Shown here: positions 45,265 through 54,819 of the stretch, in pieces
How the letters are laid out: each line of letters starts with the position of its first letter
Numbering within the stretch: position 1 is the stretch's first letter
Origin: an uncultured bacterium
GTDB taxonomy: Bacteria > Verrucomicrobiota > Kiritimatiellia > RFP12 > UBA1067
Length of the DNA stretch: 64,000 nt
Reading direction: 5' to 3'
NCBI GenBank assembly: GCA_902764415.1
Contig: CACWVU010000001.1
Span: forward strand, 1,133-65,132
Program-made: the position numbers and the translations under genes
The notes under the pieces: generated by a model
What the model saw: the letters and a program-made list of their open reading frames with translations, nothing else
Database searches by the model: none
What the model was told of the DNA's origin: nothing

Positions 45265-45438
45265 ATGGATAGGACTGTAGTAAAGATGACGACGCTTAAG
45301 GATGCGGACGAGGCGATCTGCCCGTCGCTGAGCATTGACGAGCGCATAAGGGTTCTTGAAGAGTTGAACCGCATCGGAAGGCTTGCGGTTGGCTATCCTA
45401 ATTCGCGCCTTGACCGAAGCGTCGCGCATTTCGTTTAA
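45265..45438 (+). CDS. Small hypothetical protein (57 aa)
   Basis: Internal ATG of ORF 45187..45438, preceded by AGGTGAGG. The DADEA...SIDERIRVLEELNR pattern is seen in small accessory proteins. Confidence 0.3.
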   Translation: MDRTVVKMTTLKDADEAICPSLSIDERIRVLEELNRIGRLAVGYPNSRLDRSVAHFV

Positions 45439-45447
45439 GTTCTCGTT

Positions 45448-46566
45448 ATGGACTCAAGTAAACTCACAGTTGTTGGCGCGGGGCTGTTCGGCGCGGTGGT
45501 GGCGCATGAGGCGGCGGAGCGCGGCGTGAAGGTGACGGTGATTGACCGGCGCCGGCACATCGGCGGCAACTGCTACACTAGGAACGAGGACGGCATCAAT
45601 GTCCACGTCTACGGCGCGCACATCTTCAGGACGAGCCGTCGCGACATCTGGGACTACGTCCGCTCCTTCGCCGACTTCAACCACTACGTCAACTCGCCGA
45701 TTGCCATGTACCACGGCAAGGTGTACAACCTGCCGTTCAACATGAACACCTTCCGGCAGATGTGGGGCATCAGCACGCCGGCGGCGGCGAAGGCGAAGAT
45801 CGAGGAGCAGCGCCGCGAGATCAAGGGCGAGCCGCGCAACTTAGAGGAGCAGGCGATTTCGCTGGTCGGGCGCGACGTCTACGAGATCCTGATCAAGGAG
45901 TACACCGAGAAGCAGTGGGGGCGTCCGTGCAGCGAGCTGCCGGCGTCGATCATCCGTCGCCTGCCGGTGAGGTTCGTCTACGACAACAACTACTTCAACG
46001 ATCCGTACCAGGGGATTCCGATCGGCGGCTATACCCATATCTTCGAGAAGCTGCTCGCCGGCTGCGAAGTGCTGCTCGGAGTGGACTGGCGCGACTACCG
46101 CGCGCAGACCGGCGAGGTTGGGCGCGTCGTCTACACCGGGCCGATCGACGAGTACTACGGCTACTCCTTCGGTCCGCTCGAGTACCGCTCGCTCCGCTTC
46201 GAGCACGAGCGGCACGACGAGACGGACAACCTCCAGGGCAACGCGGTGGTGAACTACACCGACGCGTCCGTGCCGTACACCCGCACGATCGAGCACAAGC
46301 ACTTCGAGTTCCAGTGCGCGCAGGGCTACACCGGCGTGCGGACGCCGTTCACGATCGTCTCGAAGGAGTACTCGTCGGAGTGGAAGCCCGGCGTCGAGCC
46401 GTATTATCCGGTGAACGACGAGCGGAACCAGGCGAAGTACGCGCAGTACGCGGAGCTCGCCGCGTCAGAGAAGGGCATCGCCTTCGGCGGCCGCCTCGGC
46501 TCCTACCGCTACTACGACATGCAGGATGCGATAGCAGCTGCGCTCAAGTTCGTGGAGGAGATATAA
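45448..46566 (+). CDS. glf: UDP-galactopyranose mutase
   Basis: VVGAGLFGAV FAD motif, GGNCYT, HIFRTS, YPVNDERN, GRLGSYRYYDMQDAI. Confidence 0.92.
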   Translation: MDSSKLTVVGAGLFGAVVAHEAAERGVKVTVIDRRRHIGGNCYTRNEDGINVHVYGAHIFRTSRRDIWDYVRSFADFNHYVNSPIAMYHGKVYNLPFNMNTFRQMWGISTPAAAKAKIEEQRREIKGEPRNLEEQAISLVGRDVYEILIKEYTEKQWGRPCSELPASIIRRLPVRFVYDNNYFNDPYQGIPIGGYTHIFEKLLAGCEVLLGVDWRDYRAQTGEVGRVVYTGPIDEYYGYSFGPLEYRSLRFEHERHDETDNLQGNAVVNYTDASVPYTRTIEHKHFEFQCAQGYTGVRTPFTIVSKEYSSEWKPGVEPYYPVNDERNQAKYAQYAELAASEKGIAFGGRLGSYRYYDMQDAIAAALKFVEEI

Positions 46567-46584
46567 ATCTCGCTGGGGATACGG

Positions 46585-46647
46585 CCAACGCATCAAAAAT
46601 TCCTTCTCCCCGCTGACGCGAGGTAGAACGAATTTTTGATGCGTTGG
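46585..46647 (+). terminator. Perfect 18-bp stem hairpin after glf (27-nt loop, no U-tract)
   Basis: ccaacgcatcaaaaattc (46585-46602) pairs with gaatttttgatgcgttgg (46630-46647). Confidence 0.4.
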
Positions 46648-46775
46648 AAGTATTCCAGCAGCCAGCAGCCAGTAGCCAGCGACCAGTGGGGAGAGGGCTC
46701 CCGTCCGCTTCCCACTGGACGCTAAACGCATAGGGGACGGTCCCCGAATTGCTGAGCTGATGGTGTGTATACTAC

Positions 46776-46840
46776 GCGCCAAGTTCCACAACGAAAACGC
46801 GCCAAGTTCCACAACGAAAACGCGCCAAGTTCCACAACGG
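46776..46840 (+). repeat. Three tandem copies of GCGCCAAGTTCCACAACGAAAAC (23-bp period) upstream of ATPase cassette 2
   Basis: Copies start at 46776, 46799 and 46822 (the last is truncated). Preceded by a degenerate promoter module tgtgtatactacgcgcc at 46764-46780. Confidence 0.9.
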
Positions 46841-46842
46841 CA

Positions 46843-46872
46843 TTGACAGTCTTACGGTGGATATGCTACAAT
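46843..46872 (+). promoter_or_regulatory. Promoter with apparently leaderless start
   Basis: TTGACA (46843-46848), 18 nt spacer, TGcTACAAT (-10 at 46867-46872), then acacgcc and ATG 46880. Confidence 0.6.
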
Positions 46873-46879
46873 ACACGCC

Positions 46880-48163
46880 ATGAAAACCTATAAAAATAGA
46901 ATTTATGACGCAATTCTCCGCGATGCTTTGGAGGCCAAAGGAGCGGTTCTTATTGAAGGGGCGAAATGGTGTGGAAAAACAACTACGGCGGAGCAGATAG
47001 CCCAAAGCGTCATTTATGTGAATGACCCCAAGCAGCTCAAGCAGAACCTTGTGACGGCACAGACGAATCCGCAACGCCTGCTTGCGGGGGCAAATCCGCG
47101 CTTGATTGATGAATGGCAGATTGTGCCGGAAATCTGGGATGCTATTCGTTTTGATGTAGACCATTCTGATGGAGACGGTAAGTACATTCTTACTGGAAGC
47201 GCAGTGCCGATTGATGACGAGGCAAAGAGGAAGATCCGGCATTCAGGGACTGGCCGGTTTGCATGGATAAGGATGCGTCCAATGTCGCTGTTTGAGAGCC
47301 TCGAATCATCGGGAAGTGTTTCGTTTGCCGACTTGTTCGCCGGGAAAGGGAACCTTGGAGACGCCAAACAGCATACACTTGAGGAAATGGCATATCTTAC
47401 CTGCCGCGGTGGCTGGCCCAGGGCAACCGACAAGAGCGGCAAGGCTGCGCTTCGTCAGGCGTTTGACTATGTTGATGCAATTGTCAACACCGACATCTCG
47501 CGAGTTGACTCGGTGCAGCGCGATCCTGACTTGTCGATCCGGATAATGAAGTCGCTCGCCAGATTGCAGGGGACGCAGGCGTCTGTTTCGGCAATTAAGG
47601 CCGATCTGGCCCCAAACGCTCCGAATGCCGTTCACGAAAACACGGTTTATTCTTATGTTGGGGCGCTTAAAAAGATGTTTGTTGTCGAGGACATGCCGGC
47701 CTGGTGTCCGAATCTGCGCTGCAAAACCCCAGTCCGCACAACCGACACCAGGTATTTCACCGATCCGTCCATCGCGACGGCGGCGCTAGGTCTCGGTCCG
47801 GACGGATTGATGGATGACCTAAAGACATTTGGATTTTTGTTTGAGACGCTGGTAGCGAGGGACCTGCGAACATACGCGGCGGCGAATGACGGCAAGGTTA
47901 GCCACTATCGCGACAAGAGCGGCCTTGAATGTGACGCGGTGATGCATCTGCGAGATGGTAGGTATGGACTTATCGAGGTGAAGATCGGCGGAGAGGCACT
48001 TATTGCCGACGGGCTAAAGAAGCTGAATCGTCTCGCGAGCGAGATTGATACCAAAACGATGAAGGAGCCCGCGTTCCGGATGATAGTCGTTGCCGAAGGT
48101 GAATATGCGTATGAGGAATCCGACGGCACGTTAATCTGCCCCATTGGCTGCCTAAAACCTTGA
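46880..48163 (+). CDS. AAA+ ATPase, AAA_14 + DUF4143-type (cassette 2)
   Basis: Walker A EGAKWCGKTT, Walker B RLIDEWQ, 427 aa. Confidence 0.75.
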   Translation: MKTYKNRIYDAILRDALEAKGAVLIEGAKWCGKTTTAEQIAQSVIYVNDPKQLKQNLVTAQTNPQRLLAGANPRLIDEWQIVPEIWDAIRFDVDHSDGDGKYILTGSAVPIDDEAKRKIRHSGTGRFAWIRMRPMSLFESLESSGSVSFADLFAGKGNLGDAKQHTLEEMAYLTCRGGWPRATDKSGKAALRQAFDYVDAIVNTDISRVDSVQRDPDLSIRIMKSLARLQGTQASVSAIKADLAPNAPNAVHENTVYSYVGALKKMFVVEDMPAWCPNLRCKTPVRTTDTRYFTDPSIATAALGLGPDGLMDDLKTFGFLFETLVARDLRTYAAANDGKVSHYRDKSGLECDAVMHLRDGRYGLIEVKIGGEALIADGLKKLNRLASEIDTKTMKEPAFRMIVVAEGEYAYEESDGTLICPIGCLKP

Positions 48164-48202
48164 AAACGCACTGCATAGTCATCAAGTCACTGACCATGAA
48201 TA

Positions 48203-48211
48203 TGGTATAAT
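48203..48211 (+). promoter_or_regulatory. Extended -10 promoter TGGTATAATACACGC upstream of the deleted glf copy and wzx
   Basis: tggtataat at 48203-48211 followed by acacgc; ATG 48227. Confidence 0.6.
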
Positions 48212-48226
48212 ACACGCAACCAACTT

Positions 48227-48427
48227 ATGGACTCAAGTAAACTCACAGTCGTTGGCGCGGGGCTGTTCGGCGCGGTGGTGGCGCACGAGGCGGCGGAGCG
48301 CGGCATGAAGGTGACGGTGATCGACCGGCGCCGGCACGTCGGCGGGCGCCTCGGCTCCTACCGCTACTACGACATGCAGGATGCGATTTCCGCCGCGTTT
48401 AAGTGTGCAGGACGCATGCTGGATTAG
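48227..48427 (+). pseudogene. glf: Internally deleted glf copy (66 codons: first 39 plus last ~27 of glf)
   Basis: The first ~117 nt align to 45448-45566 with ~5 substitutions and then jump to the equivalent of 46491. Junction at TCGGCGG microhomology (45560-45566 / 46484-46490 / 48339-48345). Confidence 0.85.
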
Positions 48428-48442
48428 GATGTCTTCCTCGCT

Positions 48443-50032
48443 ATGTCGCCTAACCGCAGAATATTCCTGAATGTAGTCGCCACCTATGGCCGATCGCTGT
48501 ATGCGCTGGCCATAGGGCTGTTCTGCGGGCGCTGGACGCTAATGCTCCTTGGTCAGACGGATTACGGCTTGATGGGTCTTGTCGGTGGATTGACCGGATT
48601 CATTACATTCTTCAATGGAATCTTTGCCGGCTCCGTCGGCCGTTTTTATGCATTCTACATCGGCAAGGAGAAGGCGGCGGAAAACTCCGCGGATGGAATA
48701 GAGGAGTGCCGCAGATGGTTCTCGCTTGCGGTCTTGATCCATTTGTCAATACCAGTTCTTCTTGTCATTGTCGGTTATCCAGTAGGAGTGTGGGCGGTTA
48801 GGAATTTTCTAAACATTCCGCCGGATCGTGTTGAGGCATGCGTGTGGGTTCTTCGCTTCGTCTGTGCATCTTGTTTCGTGGGGATGGCCAATGTTCCGTT
48901 TCAGGCGATGTATACGGCCAAGCAGGAGATTGCCGAGCTGACGATTTATAGTTTCATTACGACGACGGCAAACTTTGTGTTCCTTTATTTTGCAATACAG
49001 CACCCCGGCAACTGGCTGGTAAAGTTCATGCTGTGGACCTGCTGCCTGAGCATGGCTCCGCAAATGGTGATTGCATGGCGGGCGGTGGTCAAATATCCCG
49101 AATGCAGGTTGCGGCTAAGGTATTTCTGGGATAAGACCAGGTTTGTGCAGCTATTTGGCTACGCGGCGGCAAGGTTCTGGACTGCATTTACCGACATGTT
49201 TGCCACGCAGAGTCGGAATATCCTGGTAAACAAGTTTCTCGGTCCAAAGTGCAATGCTGCGATGCAGGTCGGCGGGGCGGTTTCCGGGCACGCGATGACG
49301 CTTTCAAATGCGCTTTCCCAGGCCTTTTGGCCCGCGCTGGTGAACAAGGCGGGGGAGGGCGATACGGAAAAGGTCTTCAAGATGGCGTTCTTTGCCTGCC
49401 GAATAGGAACTGCCGCAGTTATGCTGTTTGCCTTGCCGCTTATGCTTGAAGCGAAAGAGGTTCTGGTGCTGTGGCTCGTTGATCCTCCGTATTTCTCTTC
49501 CATGCTGTGCGTTGCAGCGCTCCTGGTGATGATTATGGAGCGGCTTACCGATGGGTACTGGATGGTAATCCTGGGGATGGGGAAAGGCGTGAAAACATAT
49601 TCGCTGGTTATTGGGTGGTCTGCCGTCCCCTGCATCCTGGTCCTTTATCTCTTCTTTTTCATGGGGATGGGATTTTGGAGCGTTTTCTGGGGGGCTATGG
49701 TTTGGGGTTTGTGCATATTGGTTCTTAGGCTTGTCTTGGGCAGCAGGCTGGTCGGACTTCGGTTCTGTCGGTGGCTTCGGAGCGTTTTCGTTCCAATGTG
49801 CACCATTGCAGCGGTTGCGCTGTGCGCAGGTCTTATGCCGCGCTCGCTGATGGACGGTTCATTTCTTCGTGTTGTCGTCACCACCTGCGCGGTCGAAGCT
49901 GTTTTCTTGCCGTTGGCGTGGAGATTTGCGCTGGAGCGCGACGAGCGAGGCTATGTCTTGGAACGGCTGAAGAGGATGTCGCCTTTCAAGGCAAGGTTTT
50001 CTGGACAATGTTCGAAAGGGGTGGATCGATGA
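48443..50032 (+). CDS. Wzx-like polysaccharide flippase (MOP superfamily membrane protein)
   Basis: 529 aa, ~12-14 hydrophobic segments. N-terminus and context are typical of polysaccharide biosynthesis / O-unit flippases. Confidence 0.6.
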   Translation: MSPNRRIFLNVVATYGRSLYALAIGLFCGRWTLMLLGQTDYGLMGLVGGLTGFITFFNGIFAGSVGRFYAFYIGKEKAAENSADGIEECRRWFSLAVLIHLSIPVLLVIVGYPVGVWAVRNFLNIPPDRVEACVWVLRFVCASCFVGMANVPFQAMYTAKQEIAELTIYSFITTTANFVFLYFAIQHPGNWLVKFMLWTCCLSMAPQMVIAWRAVVKYPECRLRLRYFWDKTRFVQLFGYAAARFWTAFTDMFATQSRNILVNKFLGPKCNAAMQVGGAVSGHAMTLSNALSQAFWPALVNKAGEGDTEKVFKMAFFACRIGTAAVMLFALPLMLEAKEVLVLWLVDPPYFSSMLCVAALLVMIMERLTDGYWMVILGMGKGVKTYSLVIGWSAVPCILVLYLFFFMGMGFWSVFWGAMVWGLCILVLRLVLGSRLVGLRFCRWLRSVFVPMCTIAAVALCAGLMPRSLMDGSFLRVVVTTCAVEAVFLPLAWRFALERDERGYVLERLKRMSPFKARFSGQCSKGVDR

Positions 50033-50751
50033 AAGTGGCTGCATTGCTGACTGGTCGCGGCAACAATACATTGCGGGACAAAAACGTTTTGCCGGTGTTG
50101 GGCAAACCGCTTTTGTATTATCCGGCAATGGCGGCGAAGGCGTGTCCTGACATAACTGCGTTCTATTGTTCTAGTGACTGCGACAAGATTCTTGATGCCG
50201 CTGCGGCATGTGGTTATAATCCAATCAAGCGCCCACCAGAGCTCGCGCTACCATCTGCTCAGCATGTCGACGCAATACTCCATGGCTTGAAGGAAATGAA
50301 AAAGGATGGCGTCAGTCCGGATGTGCTTGTAGTGTTGCTTGCGAATTCCGGCATCGTCAAGCCAGAATGGATACAGCAGTCGATCCAGATAATTGCAGCC
50401 AGCCCAGAGACATCAGCAGTCTGCCCCGTTGAGATAGATCAGGATCACCATCCGTTTCGGGCCAAGAGGCTGCGCGCGGACGGATGTCTTGAGCCGTTCT
50501 TCGATTTTAGCGGGCGAAAGATATCCACCAACCGCCAGGACCTCTGCGACTGCTATTACTTTTGCCATAACTTCTGGACTCTCAACCTCAAAGAGTCAGT
50601 CTTCTCCGGCAAGCCCGGCCAGCCGCCGTGGGGATTCATGGGGGACAGGATCAGGCCGATAGTTGTTGAGGATTGTTTCGATGTGCACGACATGGACGAC
50701 ATTGTGCGCACCGAGAAGTGGCTCGTCGCCAATGGGATTTCTTATGCCTGA
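50029..50751 (+). CDS. CMP-sugar synthetase (acylneuraminate cytidylyltransferase family, CTP_transf_3)
   Basis: ATGA overlap with wzx. AALLTGRGNNTLRDKNVLPVLGKPLLYY resembles the NeuA/KdsB-type N-terminus. Confidence 0.65.
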   Translation: MKVAALLTGRGNNTLRDKNVLPVLGKPLLYYPAMAAKACPDITAFYCSSDCDKILDAAAACGYNPIKRPPELALPSAQHVDAILHGLKEMKKDGVSPDVLVVLLANSGIVKPEWIQQSIQIIAASPETSAVCPVEIDQDHHPFRAKRLRADGCLEPFFDFSGRKISTNRQDLCDCYYFCHNFWTLNLKESVFSGKPGQPPWGFMGDRIRPIVVEDCFDVHDMDDIVRTEKWLVANGISYA

Positions 50752-51760
50752 TGTCAAGTCACTGCTGCCGTATTCTGTGCGGAATCTGCTACGGCGTGTC
50801 AAGGCTCGTTATAATGCCTTCCATTCGCCGATGAGGGCGTATCTCCTTTGCGATGACATTGAGAGGGTGGTCAAGAAATTGGAGAAAGTGGCGAAGCACA
50901 AGAGGCTGGACACGTCACCGGATCGCGAGTTTTGGTTCTCGTACACGTCCGCCTTGCTTGAAATGGGTTGTCGAGAGAAGGCAAGCCGCGTAATGGCGTG
51001 GTATCGCGATCGTTACGGAAATGTCGACGGCGCGGCGTCGTATTTGCGCGTGGCGAATCTGGTGGTTGAGTGCAGTATGGCAGAATCCCATGAACTGATG
51101 TCGGCCAAGAAAGCATATGATCTGATTTCGACAATTGACTCGAGAGGCGTTATGTCCGATTTCTTCAAGGGGAAATCAGTCGCAATTGTGGGCAATGGGC
51201 CGAGGGAGCAAGGCCGTGGTCTTGGAGCGGAAATCGACGGGCATGACATTGTGGTGAGGTTCAACAACATAGATTTGGCTGGGTACGAGCAGGATTATGG
51301 GCGTCGTACAGATGTCTGGGTAAAGCATATGCAGAAAACCCTCCGTCATCACCTTGACGATCCATCCCTGAAAATGGTCGTTTATGAATCTGACTTGCTG
51401 AGATTTCCGCTCGTGTCAGGATATGCCGACGCGATAATCAAGGATGCTGAGGCTCGTAGCATAGCATACTGTGACTCTGCTCACCACGCGTTTTTCACGC
51501 GCAGGTACAATCTGTATCCGACATCTGGCATATTGTTGATAGAAATGATTCGGCATTTGCCGGTGAAGTACCTTGACGTGTATGGTTTTTCGTTCCTTGA
51601 CCAAGTCAAAATCTCGTCGTACTCCCATTATTCATCTCGTAGATCTGTGCAAGAGAAGACGGCCGATATTGGTTGGCATGATATGAATGTAGAGGCATCA
51701 TATCTTCGCAAACTGTTCAAGAATGGCAGGAGGTTGGAATGTGAGCCGTCGGCGAATTGA
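50744..51760 (+). CDS. Sialyltransferase-like glycosyltransferase (GT42/GT29-like GNGP...RFN motif) with helical N-terminal domain
   Basis: KSVAIVGNGPREQGRG...HDIVVRFNN parallels the CstII-type IIAGNGPS...DVFRCN motif (from memory). 8-nt overlap with the CMP-sugar synthetase gene. Confidence 0.5.
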   Translation: MPDVKSLLPYSVRNLLRRVKARYNAFHSPMRAYLLCDDIERVVKKLEKVAKHKRLDTSPDREFWFSYTSALLEMGCREKASRVMAWYRDRYGNVDGAASYLRVANLVVECSMAESHELMSAKKAYDLISTIDSRGVMSDFFKGKSVAIVGNGPREQGRGLGAEIDGHDIVVRFNNIDLAGYEQDYGRRTDVWVKHMQKTLRHHLDDPSLKMVVYESDLLRFPLVSGYADAIIKDAEARSIAYCDSAHHAFFTRRYNLYPTSGILLIEMIRHLPVKYLDVYGFSFLDQVKISSYSHYSSRRSVQEKTADIGWHDMNVEASYLRKLFKNGRRLECEPSAN

Positions 51761-52730
51761 GAAAATATTGGCCGTCGTTTCCTACTTTAGCGGCTTCGAC
51801 GCCGTCTGCCGCTTTCTTACCCGGGGGCGGAAGCGGGTGATCATGTATCACAATGTCTTGCCAGAATCGCTTATGCGGAAAGATGTGGCGAATTCATTCA
51901 CGACATCAGAGGCTGAGTTCAGGCGGGAAATTCGTTACTTCAAAAGCAAATACGGAATATCAAATGATATGAACGATGTGTCGCGAGTCGCCATATCGTT
52001 TGATGATGGGTTCAAAAGCCAGGGGGAGATCGCCGGCAGGATCATGGAATCGGAAGGGGATTTGCCGGCAATGATATTTTGCGCGGGCGGGGTCCTTGAT
52101 TCCACATCACCAGCTAATACACTTGCTGTGGAAAGAGTGCTCCATTGGGTTTCAAATGCGCCCGACGAGGCGATAGCAAAGCTTGGCGTTAATACTCGCG
52201 AAGAGGCTTGGCCAAAGGTGTTATGGCCAAGATTCCGCGGTGATTGGCGCGAAAAGGGGGAGGGCGTCTGCAGGTGGCTGGATGGCATTTATCCGTTTGC
52301 CAAGGTGATTGCATCGCTTCCTGCCGAATATGTGAGGTTGCGTCTGACCGGTCTAACGCGGGAGGAGTTGGATGCGTTAAGGCGGAAAGGATGGCTGGTG
52401 TGCTGGCATACGCAATCGCATTTTCCACTGAAAATGTTGCCAGAGGAGGAGCAGAAGCGCGAAATGGCGCCGCCGGATGAAATGCGTGGGCTGCCGTTTG
52501 CATATCCTTATGGAGATGCCGGATGTGTAGGTGGAGAAACGATTCGACTTGCGCAGGACCTCGGCTTTGAGGTCGCATTCGCGTCATGTCCTCAGAAACA
52601 GGACAATCCATATTTCATTTCAAGATATGCCACTTCTGAAGGTAGGATTATGTTTCATTATCATTTCAGTGGAGCGCGTTTTGCAATTAGGCGTATGCTG
52701 AAAGCGTTGGGCATTGTGAAGGTTGTGTGA
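51741..52730 (+). CDS. Polysaccharide deacetylase (NodB-like) family protein
   Basis: ISFDDGFKSQ motif. GTG 51741 preferred (AGGAGG 7 nt upstream) over ATG 51723. Confidence 0.6.
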   Translation: MSRRRIEKILAVVSYFSGFDAVCRFLTRGRKRVIMYHNVLPESLMRKDVANSFTTSEAEFRREIRYFKSKYGISNDMNDVSRVAISFDDGFKSQGEIAGRIMESEGDLPAMIFCAGGVLDSTSPANTLAVERVLHWVSNAPDEAIAKLGVNTREEAWPKVLWPRFRGDWREKGEGVCRWLDGIYPFAKVIASLPAEYVRLRLTGLTREELDALRRKGWLVCWHTQSHFPLKMLPEEEQKREMAPPDEMRGLPFAYPYGDAGCVGGETIRLAQDLGFEVAFASCPQKQDNPYFISRYATSEGRIMFHYHFSGARFAIRRMLKALGIVKVV

Positions 52731-52731
52731 T

Positions 52732-53709
52732 ATGCCGAAGTTCTCGATAGTCATGCCAGTTTACAATCTGCGACCATGGCTGGTCGATGCGATTGAGTCT
52801 GTTAGGGCTCAGGACTTTGAGGACTGGGAATTAATCTGCGTCGACGACGGTTCGACGGACGGCTCTGGCGAAGTCCTCGACGGGTATTTAGTCAAGGAAT
52901 CTCGCATACATGTTGTCCATCAGGCCAATGGCGGTGAGGGGGCTGCCAGAAACGCGGCGCTTGAAATCGCAACCGGTGAATGGCTGGCGTATCTGGACGG
53001 TGACGATTTATGGCATCCGCAGTTCCTTTCCACTGCAGTGTCTGGTATGGCGCAGTTTCCCGATGCGCAGATAGTTCGTATGGCCCATGTTGATTTCCCC
53101 GACGGAGGCGAGCCGCATTGGCCCGATCAAAAGAGCGGATTTAGGTATATCGATTACTCGAAAAGATTGACAAGCGACGTATATTCAGGGGGATTCCTCG
53201 ACGCGGTATATTTGAGAGCGGGCGTAAAGAACATTAGATTTAAGGATTATTCCGTTGGGGCCGATCGCGTCTGCTACAACGAGTGCTTGGCCGCGACTGT
53301 CGGCATGGCGGCGTCGAAGGTGGTCAGGTATGCGTATCGTCGTCGCCAAGGTTCGGCTTATAATGCTCCTGAAACCTCGCGAAAGAGCATCTCGCAGTTG
53401 TCGTGGCAGATGGATCAGTGGCGATTTTGGGAGAATGGCGGGCGATCTGTTGACAGGCCATTGATTAGACGTGCGGCGCAAATGTTGACGGAATTGCATG
53501 CATATTCTCTTTGGTCGCTTCCGTCCGAAGAGCTGGCGCCTTCATGGAAGGCGTGGATTTTGGCGCTGCGTGAATTGAAGGACTCGCGGATGTTACCTGG
53601 CTGGCAGAGGTTTGTTGCCGGAATAATCGTGGCGCTGCCTGTCCGCATAATAGCGTGGACGCTTTGTGCATTCCCGTATTGGTTGAAACTGAAGGGCGTT
53701 CATCGGTAG
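52732..53709 (+). CDS. Glycosyltransferase family 2
   Basis: FSIVMPVYN...QDFEDWELICVDDGSTDGS, LDGDDL. Confidence 0.85.
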   Translation: MPKFSIVMPVYNLRPWLVDAIESVRAQDFEDWELICVDDGSTDGSGEVLDGYLVKESRIHVVHQANGGEGAARNAALEIATGEWLAYLDGDDLWHPQFLSTAVSGMAQFPDAQIVRMAHVDFPDGGEPHWPDQKSGFRYIDYSKRLTSDVYSGGFLDAVYLRAGVKNIRFKDYSVGADRVCYNECLAATVGMAASKVVRYAYRRRQGSAYNAPETSRKSISQLSWQMDQWRFWENGGRSVDRPLIRRAAQMLTELHAYSLWSLPSEELAPSWKAWILALRELKDSRMLPGWQRFVAGIIVALPVRIIAWTLCAFPYWLKLKGVHR

Positions 53710-53722
53710 ATTGGATTTGATA

Positions 53723-54808
53723 ATGAAGTCCCTTTCCGTTATCGTTCCTGCCTACAATATGGAGAATTATCTCGCGAAGTGTTGCGAGAGCATGGTGGTG
53801 GCGTCGGAGCTGATGGAGAGGCTCGAGGTGCTGGTGGTCAACGACGGTTCCACCGACAAGACGAGCGAGATTGGCCATTCGTTCGAGCGACGGTATCCGG
53901 GAACTTTCCGCGTCATTGACAAGGAGAACGGACACTACGGCAGCTGCGTCAATCGCGGGCTTGCCGAGGCGAAGGGCGAGTTCGTGAAACTGCTCGATGC
54001 CGACGACACATTCGACACGGCTGGATTCGCGAGATTGCTCAGGTTTCTGGTAGAGGGATCGGCGAATGGCGCGCTTGACAAAATCGACCTTGTGCTGACC
54101 GACTATTGCATAGTTGACAAGCGCGGCAAAACGCTGCGCGTCGTTTCCTTTGGCGGCGATGCAGACGCGGCGTTTGGAGTCGACGAGTCAATCGAGGGGC
54201 GATGTTGTTCGGCGATGTGTGTTTTCCGCACTCGGATGCTACGTGACATCGGCTATCGCCAGACCGAGGGAATCCTCTACACCGATCTTGAGTGGGGAAC
54301 ATTTCCGATGCTTGGAGTTCGGAAGATCAAGTATCTGCCCGTTGTCGTCTACCGCTATTTCCAGGGACGCGAAGGGCAGAGCATATCTGCCGCGGTGGCT
54401 GGCAGTCGTTCAGGCGATCTTGAGCGGGTGCTGTCGCGCATGGTGGACGAGCTTGGCGGCTACCGCGGAGACAAGGGTAAGGAGTCGTTTTTCGCATCCC
54501 GGCTCAACAGCGTGGCGACCAACCTCTACCATAACTACCTTATTTGTGCGCCGCTCGGCGAGGTCGATGCGGGATTTGCCCGTGCCGATGCCATCGTCAG
54601 CCGGCTCTCAGGCCTGCACGCCTCAACAGAGAATGTGCGTCTTTCCAACCGTCTTCGGTTTCGCTATGTTGGCGCATGGCGTCGCCGCCGCCATTTACCG
54701 CGCCTTGTCGTTCTGTTTGCCCGTGCCTACTCTTGCCTCGCGAGCGGAATCATGCGTTGGATTGTTAGGATGATACCAGTTGCTGCGATAACGGCGGATT
54801 TGCTATAA
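53723..54808 (+). CDS. Glycosyltransferase family 2
   Basis: LSVIVPAYNMENYL...VNDGSTDKT, LDADD. Confidence 0.85.
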   Translation: MKSLSVIVPAYNMENYLAKCCESMVVASELMERLEVLVVNDGSTDKTSEIGHSFERRYPGTFRVIDKENGHYGSCVNRGLAEAKGEFVKLLDADDTFDTAGFARLLRFLVEGSANGALDKIDLVLTDYCIVDKRGKTLRVVSFGGDADAAFGVDESIEGRCCSAMCVFRTRMLRDIGYRQTEGILYTDLEWGTFPMLGVRKIKYLPVVVYRYFQGREGQSISAAVAGSRSGDLERVLSRMVDELGGYRGDKGKESFFASRLNSVATNLYHNYLICAPLGEVDAGFARADAIVSRLSGLHASTENVRLSNRLRFRYVGAWRRRRHLPRLVVLFARAYSCLASGIMRWIVRMIPVAAITADLL

Positions 54809-54819
54809 TCCACACCACA

